Positions 35,681 through 47,808 of a stretch of DNA of 64,000 nt are shown piece after piece. This stretch comes from Raja brachyura (taxonomy: Eukaryota), in the NCBI GenBank assembly GCA_963514005.1, contig OY740782.1:43896001-43960000 (forward strand), in the 5' to 3' direction. The first letter of the stretch is position 1; each line of letters starts with the position of its first letter. Made by a program: the position numbers and the translations under genes. The notes under the pieces were generated by a model. That model was not told where the DNA came from. It saw only the letters and a program-made list of their open reading frames with translations, and ran no database searches.

Positions 35681-38600
35681 CCACACCATGGGTCTTTTTT
35701 GAACTCCATTCCTCTGCATCTTTCATAGGCCATGGATCATGTAATGGGGCTTTTGGTTGCAGATAAGAGAAACCTGGGTTGAGAGGGTCTGTCCTAATGG
35801 GATAGGTGAAGATTGGGACACGGGGACATGGGAGTTGTTCACGACTGCTGGGTGTGCGGTGGGTTACGATTGGGTTCTTAGAGAGATGGGATGTATTTGT
35901 GTATTGATCAGGCCAGGTTCTTGTGGTGAACAACTCAAAGAACTGAAGTAGATAAAGCTTAACAGAAAGTTTAAAGACCCACTGCCTGCGGAAGTGTCAC
36001 TGCTTTGTTCTCCACTACCACATACTACATGATCAGGCTGGAGTCTTTTAGGCAGCATTGATATGGCCTATTTCTGAAGGATTAATGCTGCATAATTGAC
36101 ACACACTGTTGGTTGGCAACTCAAGCACAAATCAAGTTTGCACCAACTGAGGTTCATTGCACATTTCTGAATACCCACGTGTGAAAATACATCATGAACC
36201 ATTTTGGGGGAAAAATTAGTACTGTAGGTTGCACTGTGTATATAATTATTTTTTTACTGAGCTATAATTAGCTATGGTGTAAGATATGCTTTGGAAATGA
36301 ATTAAAATAATCTACTCTGAACTATTTCACAATGTCAGACATGCTTGATATAATGAGATGTGTTTACTTGAAGTTCTGGTTGATAGTGACTGCAGAGATT
36401 GCACAGTGAAGAACTAACACGATTGTGTTAAGAAATGGATGAATTGGATTGAGACCTTCTGAACAGACCTTCTGAAGAATGGTTTTGACCCGAAACATCA
36501 CTCATTCCTGCTCTCCAGGGATGCTGCCTATCCTGCTGAGTTAGTCCAGCATTTTGTGTCTATCTTCGGTGTAAACCAGCATCTGCTGTTCCTTCCTACA
36601 CCATTGAATTAAATTGTTCTTCTGTTTCTGAGGCTCTGGTTTCAGAAGAAGCAGGACATCTGGAGTTTCCATCCCTGTAAACATGCACACAGTGAGGCTG
36701 GAGTCAGTGGAATAGGTCTTGAGACGTAGCACAAAGTCAGTGCCAGGGGATTTTTCAGAAGGTCAGGGAGGGTGAAAGGTGATCTGACATATCACTAACA
36801 CTGGCTTCAGAGTTGCCCTTGATCTCTTGTTTACTCACCTGTGGTGTTATCTCAGTTCAATTAAAAAGATGCAACTACATCTGATAGTAAGGACTGGCAT
36901 GTATCCAGCTCTGCTTTTCTGTTTTTTCTAAAGGGAAATCAAAAGTTTAATAATTTGAAAGGGTAAATGTATTTCAGTGACACCAGATGCATTACACACA
37001 GTCTTCTCGACTAAATTGCTTCCAAATGAGAGGAGAGATGAAGAATAATTGCTCTCCAAAGTAAAATATATTCAAACATTTGCAAACTAAAGATTTTAAA
37101 CAATAAATGCTTTAAAAAGTTTGAGTGCAGTTTGGAGTTGCACAAAATAGAAGATTAAGTTTAAATTGCATTTTCCCTGGTGTGTGTACGTTCGGTTGGA
37201 ATGTTTCCAATTTCAGATAAATTAGCTGTTTTAGCCAAGTTCCTAATGAAATTGAATGCAGTCTCTGAATGGTAATGCAGCATTTAAATGTAATGCTGTA
37301 ATTGAATTTTAATATATATGAGACTCTTAATTAAAATATAACCATTTGAGAACTGTAAAATAATGCGTTAGGTTGTGTGTATCAATTGGCCACATTATTC
37401 TTATCTGATCCCAAAGCTGTCGATGATCTTCAGGCTGTAAACTTTTAGTGTTTCTAAATTTCATCTTGTTTATTTTAGTGTGGTGGCTGCAATAACTTTG
37501 TACAGTGACCGTTCTTGCATAGTTGTGGACATCAGTGGTGGTGATTGAATTAACAGGATATATTGAGAGGATCGGAAAATACCTTAAGGGTGACAGCGAA
37601 TGATGGGCAAAGAAACTAGAAGATAATTGTTGTTACACCCTTTATGGAGGATTGAATTATCTTTCACTCTTACCAGTGTTACCACCTGAGTAATGTCAGA
37701 TGTTAGTGCTTTGACTTTGAGGGAGGAGTGAATCTTTATCCATTTATAGAGCCACTGGTTGAATATGGGTAGCTACAGAAAATGGGAAGCTTTATCCATC
37801 CTGATCTCTTCTGAAATCATCCTGTAAGGGAGAATCAGTGGGAACACGGAAACACATCTCCAACCAGGATCTATCTTTCCATTACCCAGTCTCTGTCCAA
37901 GAGTTATTTCAAATGATGGTGAACAGAATCCAGGAAAAAGGATGTAAACATGTAGTTCTTAATGTCCATATTTTGGATATGACTTTTTGAGTAAGACATT
38001 TTTTTAAATAAGCAACTTTTAATCTTGTGTGGAGTGCAGAGGTCTATTATTTTTGTAATTATTGTGATTCATCTTGATTAATGTTTCCTGTGCCTTCCTC
38101 CTGGACCCAACCTGAAATTGGAAAAATTAATAATCCAGGGAATGTTTTTCACCACAAAGAAAATTAAAAAGAGGAAAACTATAAATAAGGTAGAGAGCTT
38201 CAGACGGAAAAATAAGAAAACCAGGTTGACCAGGTAAAAATAAAGTTTGCAATTCTCAGGGGGAGAATATATATTTCACTGTTGAATGCAGATTGCCCCC
38301 TTTTTAACCTGAAGATAATTCCGCTCATAATATTCGATTAATCTGGCCTTTTAAGAAAAAAATGCACACATGTATATGACACCTTTTGGGACCTTAAGTC
38401 TTCTTAAAGCATTTCCAAGCCAATAAAAGGCTTTTGATTGTAGGAGGGAAATGCAGCCAATTTGCATGTATTAATTTGATGCTCTGTTATGCTCCTTTTT
38501 ATGAATTATTCTCACATTTCGGCTATTCATGCTATCTTTGAAAGCATTGCAATTATCAAAATAATTGTATTTTTTTGGAAGCTCATATAAAGCTTAATGG

Positions 38601-39344
38601 TGTTTTGATAGGAAATGCATTTGTGTCATTATTTTTTTTTTGGTGTTGTTTTGTCTTCCATCAGCAACAGCAATATCCTACTTGAACTGTAGAACACGCT
38701 CGTATACAATTTGTAATTAAAGAAGATTTGTATATTGTGTGGGTCCAGATAAACTATTTTAGGAATAGTGTCCTAGCTTAGTTTGCTGTTCACTAAGATA
38801 TATCTTCTAGTTTATGCTTAGTAGAATTAATGATAATTAATGATAACCAATAATAATTAGAAACAACTAAGTGAGATCAAAAAGCATTCATGGAGAAAAT
38901 ATCTCTGGCTCACTCTAGCCAATTTACTTCTTGCTTTGACAATTATTTTTTGCTTTATATGTAAGCAATGTTTGCCATTTCATGATATCCTTATTTGATG
39001 TTGTTCGTTAGTTAGCATCCATCCATCTGTGAGAGATAGTGATGTGGCTATGATGTTGCCCTGTTTGGAAAGGGAATGCTTCATCTGTGGTGGCACTTCC
39101 TGCTGTGGTTGGCTAGGCCTACCCTTGAAATATAGACCCTCCCACAGGCTCAGCAGGTGAAGTTGTCGCTGCCTGTTTGATTGGGGAGTTGTGCTGTTGC
39201 CGTTGAACATTTTTTGCCCTTGGCGCCTGGCCTTGAGGGGCATTGAACCACATGCTGTCAAGGACCGTGGACTACCTGTGCACCAGTCTCCACACGTTAA
39301 ACAAAGTCCTGCACAGGTGTGAAATTTAGTGTGAAATCACCCTA

Positions 39345-39475
39345 AACACCACTCTGCTGGAAACTGTCAACGAATTCATTAGGATCTGTGGTGACTGATA
39401 GCCTCTCTCTAGATGAGGAAATCAACTCACAAATAGGAAAGGCAGCAACCACCTTCAGGAGGCTAACAAAGCATT
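39345..39475 (+). mobile_element. RTE-clade LINE ORF2 fragment
   Basis: Manual translation across a frameshift 'LETVNEF / LGSVVTDSLSLDEEINSQIGKAATTFRRLTK' resembles the RTE 'F.YLGS...LD.EI..RIGKA...FGRL' region; 39000-39320 may be a related 5' remnant. Confidence 0.65.
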
Positions 39476-39884
39476 GATGAACAGGAAACTTGCACTGGAA
39501 ACGTAACATATATTATGCAATGCACTGAGTAGCCAAATTTTTACATGGTACTTTCTTGTGTCTGAACTGGCCTTGATTAAATGGAATAATTTGGTTGTCT
39601 GCAGCATTACTTTTTCCTCTTATTGAATTTAGATTCATACCTTCCGAGAATCATTAAAATGCATGTTTGATTTAGAAAAAAAAGTGAGGGAATTAAGTGC
39701 TTGGAACTTCACAGTGCCTGAGGCCCACTGACAAAATAATAAACTAACTCTCTTCAAGGATATTCGATTACATCAATCAGACTTTGATGCCTTATGTTGC
39801 ACAATTGAAAAAATTGTTTTTTTTACAACGTTGGAATTGAATTAGAAATGTCATAGCATTGATATTACATTGCAATCTGCATCT

Positions 39885-40285
39885 TTCTGGCACGTGCACA
39901 ATTAACTGAGTCAACTGTGAACACATTCTGTTGAACAATGCTTAGCTGCCATTAAGATTCAATAAAGTCTAACCTCATACCAGTCAAGCTATCCTGCTGC
40001 TGACAGGGGATCTTTATATAACCAGGCATTATTTCGCGTCTGCAAATGTTGGGTTTCCACTTTGCTTGATACTGTTCAGCCATCTGTCCCGCAGCTGTCC
40101 AGCAGCTTGGTCCAGCATGTGGTGGCACTGTAATTACCTATCTGACTGCAGGACAGATTCGCAAACAAGTGCTCACGCTAATGCATGGCACCACTTCATC
40201 CCCATGCTGCCTTCCTCCAAAGAAATTAGCCCCATTTGTTACTTCAAAATGAGCAGCAATCGGCAAATGTGACCCATCTGAATAA
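39885..40285. promoter_or_regulatory. Candidate enhancer (E-box cluster)
   Basis: Ten CANNTG sites in about 390 bp of non-repetitive DNA, plus TGAGTCA at 39907. Confidence 0.4.
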
Positions 40286-40419
40286 CGGGATTCAGTTAGG
40301 AAGGAGCGCAGGAAGGAAGGAACACAGACACAAAATGCTGGCGTAACGCAGCATCCTTGGAGAAAACAAATAGATTAAACTTTGGTCGGGGGGTGGGGGA
40401 AATAAACTGGAGACAAGGG

Positions 40420-40705
40420 AGGCACGGTGGAGTAGCGACTGCACCAGAGACCCTGGTCTGATCCCGACTATGGATGCTGTCTGTACGGAGTTTGTACATT
40501 CTCCCCATGACCGTGTGTGTCGTCTCTGAAATCTACAGTTTCCTCCCACTCTCCAACAACTCCAAAGACATACAGGTTTGTAGGTTAATTGGCTTGGTAT
40601 AAATGTAAATTGTCCCTAGTGTGTGTAGGATAATGTTAATGTGCGGTCATCGTTGGTCGGTGCAGACTCGGTCAGCCGACGGGCCTGTTTCTGCACTGTA
40701 TCTGT
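40420..40705 (+). mobile_element. HE1-type SINE
   Basis: GGCACGGTGG head, GCTGTCTGTACGGAGTTTGTAC core, GGGCCTGTTTC tail. Confidence 0.82.
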
Positions 40706-40711
40706 GAAAGG

Positions 40712-41060
40712 CTAGAACAAATCAGGGCCATCATCAGATGACCTCAGGAATGGTGGAGCCCACAATGGCCTATTGTTGGCTGGGGAAAGTGTGTAAAAAG
40801 AGAGGGACAAGGATGGTAGGACGACTGGGATATGGAAAGGGTGAGAGAGGGGAGGGGAATTAATGCAGGAATTATTGAAATTAACAAAATCAATGTTCAT
40901 ACCACTGGGTTGTAAACTGTCCAAGCAAAATATGATATGCTGTTCCTCGCATTTGCGTGTAGCATCACTCCGACAGTGGAGGAAACCCAGGACAGAAATG
41001 TCAGTATGGGAATGGGAAGGGGAGTTAAAATGTTTGGCAACCGGGAGATTGGGTAGGCAG
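40712..41060 (-). mobile_element. Penelope-like 3' fragment
   Basis: 'SLQPSGMNIDF' plus upstream GIY-YIG C-terminal sequence. Confidence 0.8.
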
Positions 41061-41234
41061 ATGAGTAATTATTAAGTTGGGTAAAATAACATAAAACAAA
41101 CTGATTTTTTTTTTCAATCAGCAACTTCTGGTTGTGATCAGAAATAGGGTTATGAAATCTGAAAGATTGCTTTTAAAAATCGAACCCAGATAGCTTGTTA
41201 AAATTCAAAACAGGAAAGCACTCGAATCCAGATC

Positions 41235-41510
41235 GTACTGAGGACTGAGATGAGGAAAACCTTCTTCACCCAGAGAGTTGTGATTCTGTGGAATTCTCTG
41301 CCACAGAAGGCAGTGGAGGCCAATTTACTGGATGTTTTTAACAGATAGTCAGATTTAGGTCTTGGGGCTAAAGGAATCTAGGGATATGGAGAATAAAACA
41401 GGAACGGGGTACTGATTTTAGATGATCAGCCATTATCATATTGAATGGCGATACTGGCTCGAAGGACTGAATGGCCTACTCCTACAGCTATTTTTCAATG
41501 TTTTTATGTT
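41235..41510 (+). mobile_element. CR1 3' fragment
   Basis: GGACTGAGATGAGGAAAACCTTCTTCACCCAGAGAGTTGTG... through the CR1 3' UTR. Confidence 0.8.
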
Positions 41511-41764
41511 CTAACCTGGAAGCTCTTGATAAAAATGGAATGGTGTGGTTTATTATAGCTTACAAAACACAAAAAACAGTGGGAAAGAAACTGCCCAATT
41601 AATGCAATCAATGTATTTTTTCACTTTCTATCATGTTCATAGCTATCCTACATTAGATTCCACCTCAGTTATTTATTCTTAAGAACTAAATGTTTATTAA
41701 AGCATCCAAATACAACTGAACAAAGCAACAGGTTGTTAATTAATGCCATTGAACTTCATAATTC

Positions 41765-42058
41765 AGTCTTTAGTTTCATTTTAGTTTTAGAAATACAGTG
41801 AGGAAACAGGCCCTTCGGCCCACCGAGTTGAATGATCCTTGTACACTAACACTATCCTACACATGATGGACAATTTACGTTTTTACTGAAGCCAATGAAC
41901 CTACAAATCTGTACAAGCTTGGAGTGTTGGAGGAAACTAGAGCACCCGGAGAAACCCCTCGCGGTCACAGGGGGAATGTATAAACTCTGTACAGATAGTA
42001 CCCATGGTCAGGATCGGTCCCGGGACACTGGCAGCAACTCTACTGCTGTGCAACCATG
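41765..42058 (-). mobile_element. HE1-type SINE
   Basis: TTTAG tail and GGAAACAGGCCCTTCGGCCCACCGAG; body matches the other copies. Confidence 0.78.
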
Positions 42059-42125
42059 CCTCATGCTCCACTTCTGAAATTTCTGTTCCATAACCAATTA
42101 CAGAAGCAGGGTACAATGCTGCCAT

Positions 42126-43115
42126 TTAGAAAAATAGGTGCAGGAGTAGGCCATTCGGCCCTTCAAGCCAGCACCACCATTCAATATGATCATGGCTGAT
42201 CATCTAAAATCAGTATCCCATTCCTGCTTTTTTCCCGTATCCCTTGATTCCTTTAGTGATAAAAAGCTAAATCTAACTCTCTCTTGAAAACATCCAGTGA
42301 ACTGGCCTCTACTGCCTTCTGTGGCAGAGAATTCCACAGATTCACAACGCTCCAAGGTTTCTCCTCATTTCAGTCGTAAATGGCTTTCCCCTTATTTTTA
42401 AACTGTGACCCCTGGTTCTGGACTCCACCAACATCAGGAACATTTTTCCTGCATCTAGCCTAACCAATTATTTAAGACTTTTATACAATTCTATAAAATG
42501 ACCTCCCCTCATCCTTCTGAATTCCAGTGAATACAAGCCCAGTCGACCCATTCTTTCATCATATGTCAGTCCCGCCATCCCAGGAATTAACCTGGTGAAC
42601 CTAAACTGCAATCCCTCAATAGCAATAATGTTCTTCCTCAAATTAGGAGACCAAAATTGCACACAATACTCCAGGTGCAGTCTGACCAGGGCCATGTACA
42701 ACTCCAGTAGAACCTCCTTGCTCTTAAACTCAAATCCTCTTGCAATGAAGGCCAACATGCCATTAACTATCTTCACTGCCTGCTGTACCTGCATGCTTAC
42801 TTTCAGTGACTGATGTACAAGCACACCCACGTCTTGCTGCACCTCCCCTTTTCCTAATCTGATATAATTCAGATAATAATCTGCCTTCCTGTTCTTGCCA
42901 CCAAAGTGGATAACCTCACATTTATCCACATTATACTGAATCTGCCATGCATCTTCCCACTCACCCAACCTATCCAAGCCACCCTGCAGCTCACACTGCC
43001 ACCCAGCTTTGTGTCGTCCGCAAACTTGGAGATGTTACATTTAATTCACTCGTCTAAATTATTAATATATATTGTAAATAACTGGGGTCCCAGCACTGAG
43101 CTTCGCAGGACCCCG
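42126..43115 (-). mobile_element. CR1/HER1-like LINE 3' 1 kb
   Basis: ORF 42468-42977 'WQIQYNVDKCEVIHFG...HLEYCVQFWSP'; upstream 'SKFADDTKLGG' at about 42998-43030. Confidence 0.92.
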
Positions 43116-45781
43116 TTAGTTTTTTTTTGTGAATTTAGTGCCAGTAACTGAGGACACATTTCTCTTTTGCATCCTTTAATTTTATATTAATAGGTAAAGT
43201 TAGATAACATGATTAAATCACTAAAATGCTTCCAGTCCTAGATCATGCTCTCACTCTATCTTCTTTTTTCCAATGAAGCAAATTTAGTGTTGTGACTCTT
43301 GCCATGGGGCCCACAAAGCAGAATCATCCCTCCCAGAACCTTCTTCAATATATCAATGTCTTTTTGAATAGTGGAGTGCCAAACATTACATGCAATATTC
43401 CAATTTGGTTTCATCAATTATCTATAGAGGTCAAAATGTTTCTACTTCATCAGATGGCCTTTATTCGTTTTATATATAGTTGAAGGTGCTTCCTTTCACT
43501 GAAAACTTTTGGAGAGTTGTGAATAATCACAACTGAGCCATTTCTAACTTTTAAATGGGCAATTTTCCTTAATTTAATTTCCTTGTTTCCTGAGGCAATG
43601 TGCAGTATCTCATACTTAGTTACATTAAAACCCATCGATCATGCTTCGGTCATATACTATTCTGGTCAAGGTCTTCCTGATTTATTTAATCTTCCCAAAA
43701 TAAAGTTCATTTATTCAATAGAACCAAAAATGACAGGTTGAGTCATTTTCTAAGTCATCCATAATCATTTATTAGGACTTTCAAAATTCAGAGTCTTTCA
43801 GATATTTGGTAATATCTATAATTTTTCAGCTAGATCTATCTCAAACTTTTCCCTAAAATAGATGTTATTAAAAGTTACTTAATGTAATTTGGGATAAAAT
43901 AAATCAATAATTTTGCCATTTTGTTAATTTTAAAATGGATTAATTATCAGCAATGTGATAATTGTACAAAATAACTAATTACATGTTTGACTTTGAGGGT
44001 TTCATTTCATAATTCATAAGTTGATGTACTCAGTGTTGAAAACCATTTAAAATACTGCAGGTGTGATCTGATTTTCTATTTTCAATCTCATAATGCCCCA
44101 CTAAGCAAAGGTCTTTGAAATTGTTGCATTATGTGCTTTTCATGTGCTATACAATTTAACTTGTAGAGTCTTAGTGTTGTACTGCACAGAAGAAGACCCT
44201 TCAGCCCGCCACATTTCTGCCAACCTTTTTGCCCATCTACACCAATCTTGTGGCAGTGTTAGGTGTCATTCTATGCCTTGCTTATTTAAGTACCTGTCTA
44301 AATATATTTTATTTGTAGTTTTTGTATCTGATTCCATCACCTCCTTTAGCAGTAAGTGTAAGATTTTAACCACTATCTGTGTAAAAAAAAATTGCTTTCA
44401 AGCCGTTTTAAAATCTACTCTCATCTTCAATCAATATACTTTTATTTTTGATATCAATCTACAGTTGATTGTAGTTGATATTGGTCCTTCCTAATGTTTA
44501 TTGGGGACCACAAATTCTGTCACAAAATATAATTTTCAGAGTTGTGGGATGGAAAATAGACTTTACTTGGAGAGAAGCAGCATAACAACATTTCCTGATT
44601 ATTTTGAGTTGCCCAGTTTTCTCTACTGCCTCCATTGTTCCAAGCCGCTAATGCTCTGACCATCTGATCTTAGATAGTAACCTCTTTCATCCAACTATAT
44701 CACCAGCTGATCAAGCCCAGTTCCCAGTGGAAGACCTAACCCTAACACTCCTGGTGAGATTGTCAATTTTTCGTTTCAAGATAGTGAGGTAGAGGGCGTT
44801 CCCAGTGTGATCCAACCCTCTCCATGGTGAACATACTCCAAAGTATCCAATCATGTTTTAGAGAAACAGAGTGCCACACCCATGTCTGTATACAGTATTA
44901 GAAACCATCCCACAGCCATCTGCAGTTCTCACTTAAAACTGTTGCTTTAAGTGTTCTTGCAGAATGTTTCATGGCTGCCACTTTGCAGTTTCCTCTACTG
45001 ACATACAACTGATATTGTTAAGAATTTGGATAATTACGGCACGACCATAATGTTGGCAGCATCCTGTGAGGATTAAATGGGGGTGTGAACCAGTAAGTAT
45101 AGTTCACAGATTCTTCAATATTTGGGCCAGATATTGTCATGGATGCTAGGGTTCAAAGACCCGCTGTGATCACTGGGCCACTGCACAAACAGGAGTCACA
45201 GGTCACAGTCTGAGAGGTCCATGTATTGTTTGTTACCTCTGCCATCTCCATTTCCCATTTTTCCACAACTCCTCTGTATTATCGTCACAAAGAAATGTCT
45301 TTAAAATTGCTGACCTGCTACTCTTGAGCCAACAAATGAACAACATGGCAACTGCCAGTGAAGGAAGCTGCTGTCAAATGTGTATTGTGCAGGTTGGGTT
45401 TCAACACTTTTCAAAGGAAGCAAAGCGTGATCATGATATTTTAAAATAAGGATGCCCATTTCATGATTTTTTGTAACTTCCAATCTTCTGTTGGCACGAT
45501 GCACAGCATTTAAAATTCATATTGGAATCAAATTCGGAGTCCAATTGCTAGGCAGATGTCCACATGTATCCATTCGCTCGTGTGTCAGGCGACATATAGC
45601 TCCCTGTTGGCTTCTGTCCTCATCCAACATGTTGACAGAATTGGTCGCCCGACGCATCACATTGTGCATCGTGTCGTCGTTTCCACGGATCGCTACAAGG
45701 AGGCTTCTGTCATGATCCCCTCCAGATGTATTAGAAACTAAAGATAGATGAATTCCACTAAATATTCCAAGCAGTTACCCT

Positions 45782-46200
45782 TCTATATGCTTTTAAAACT
45801 CTTTGTCTGTGTGTGGGTGTATGGCGTTTTGCATTTGATTCGTTACTCCGCGCAAACCACACGCAAAAACACCAACATTTTTTCCATTTTGCTAGCGATT
45901 TTACTTCTACATTCGCAGATCCACTCCTTGGCCAATTATTTCCCAAGATTTTGAGGAAAATTTATCACAAAACTCAAACAAAACTCAAATTTTAAAATCT
46001 AAACGGCACTCACCAGCTGCTGACGTAACCATGGCCACATGCCGGCCAATCCAGGCCCACAGATCATGGGACAGCGATTCCCCACGTGCTGAATTTCTCC
46101 ACATAAGTTTCACAGAACTCACAGCTGCCGCAGCTCGCGAAGACCTGCCCGCCTGCGCGCCCCTCCCATCCTCTGTGCGCTACAGAGAGTCAGAAGTCAG
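45782..46200 (+). mobile_element. Probable Helitron 5' portion truncated by a CR1 tail
   Basis: Begins TCTATATGCTTTTAAAACTCTTTGTCTGTGTGTG, similar to the 22704 and 59711 starts; no CTAG end found. Confidence 0.45.
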
Positions 46201-46202
46201 GC

Positions 46203-46552
46203 AGAATTCTCTGCCACAGAAGGTAGTTGAGGCCAGTTCATTGGCTATATTTAAGAGGGAGTTAGATGTGGCCCTTATGGATAAAGGGATCAGGAGGTAT
46301 GGAGAGAAGGCCGGTATGGACAGGATACTGAGTTGGATGATCAGCCATGATCATATTGAATGGCGGTGTAGGCTCGAAGGGCCGAATGGCCTATTCCTGC
46401 ACCTATATTCTATGTTTCTATGTTTCTATCTCTGGAGAGAAGGAATGGATGATGTTTCGGGCTGAAGAAGGGTGTCGACCCAAAACGCCACCCATTCCTC
46501 CTCCCCAGAGATGCTGCCTGTCTTGCTGAGTAACTCCAACATTTTGTGTCTA
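46203..46552 (+). mobile_element. CR1 3' tail followed by a Penelope fold-back fragment
   Basis: 'NSLPQKVVEASSLAIFKRELD' and (TTTCTATG)n tail to about 46428; then CTGAAGAAGGGTGTCGACCCAAAACG. Confidence 0.8.
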
Positions 46553-47500
46553 TGCTAGATCACAAAATGGATCCTTTTAGGACTTAACTGGAATCAATGC
46601 CAAACAGATTAGAACAGAAGGGTTGGGAGGAGTTGGTGCACATCACAACCCTGATAAGACTTACCATATCAGTTATATGGCGACAGGAGCATGTCAGATG
46701 TATGTTCCTTAAACTTTCTCCAACATCAGGATGCACATATCACGTAAGTAATAGCCACTTTAAACTCATCTGAAATGCTACCATTCCTGCAACACTCAAG
46801 ATGTTTGACATTACTCCAATAAAACAATTCATTTGGCATCCCACCCACCACCTAGAATATTCAGTCTTTAAACTACTGGCTGCGATGTGCGCTACCATTA
46901 ACAGGCCAGGGCATGTCATGTTAAGTCAAGACAAGTGAAGTTGAGTTTAACGTCACTTGCACAAGTACAATGAGGTACAGGTACATTGAAGAATCTTGCT
47001 TTCAACAGCGTCATAGGCACACAGATGCAGACAAATGTGCAAGAATGTAAATTATATAGAAATCACATGTAATATTTCCAAAAGAAAAGACCAACATGCA
47101 AAAATGCAAGCGTAAGCTTCTTTAGCAACACCTGTCAAACCTGTGCATTCAGCCATATTGAAGGAAAAGGGCAGCAATCTCATAGAACACCTGCAAATTC
47201 ATTTCCAAGGTATATATCACACTGACTAGAGGTATCTTGTTGTTCCCCCAGGGCTATTTGATCAAAATCATGAGACTCTAGATAAACTACTAGGAGATCG
47301 TGCATGATATGCATTGGAGTGTATGAGAAGTCAATCATAATGAGGGAATTAATTAAAGTAGCTGGTATCTGATAAACAAGTTCATGAACAATAGATTGGA
47401 AGTATTCTGGATTTGACATTCTGTTTGAAAGTTAGTTTCTCTTTGGAATGTTGAGTAATCCAATTTGTATTTCTGCTGGTTTCGATATTTTTAGATGATA

Positions 47501-47808
47501 CTAGACCAAGTACAGGGCCGTTGGGTCTGTTCCCCCAATGCACAGTTGCGAGGGGAGGGGGCGGCCGGAGGCATCACGCACACACTTACCAACCTCTTTC
47601 ATACACACACACTAACCACCCCTCACACAAAATATTACATGTGATTTCTGTATAATTAATATTATTAACCCACTCCTTTTACCCCATGCCTTGCCCTATC
47701 CAATCACACATAGCCCCCAATTCGCAGGCACAGAGGGGAAGAAGGAGGCACAGAGAGGGAGACACGGAGGCACAGAGAGATACACGGAGACACAGCGACT
47801 CGGAGGCA
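47501..47808 (-). mobile_element. Helitron 3' portion
   Basis: Minus strand ACAGACCCAACGGCCCTGT hairpin, then ACTTGGTCTAG|T at 47501; interrupted by CR1 at 47809. Confidence 0.72.

Noticed and set aside
36839-36927. Minus-strand 89-nt exon with good acceptor and CAG|GTGAGT donor
   Set aside because: Stops in all three frames; a non-coding exon cannot be excluded but has no support
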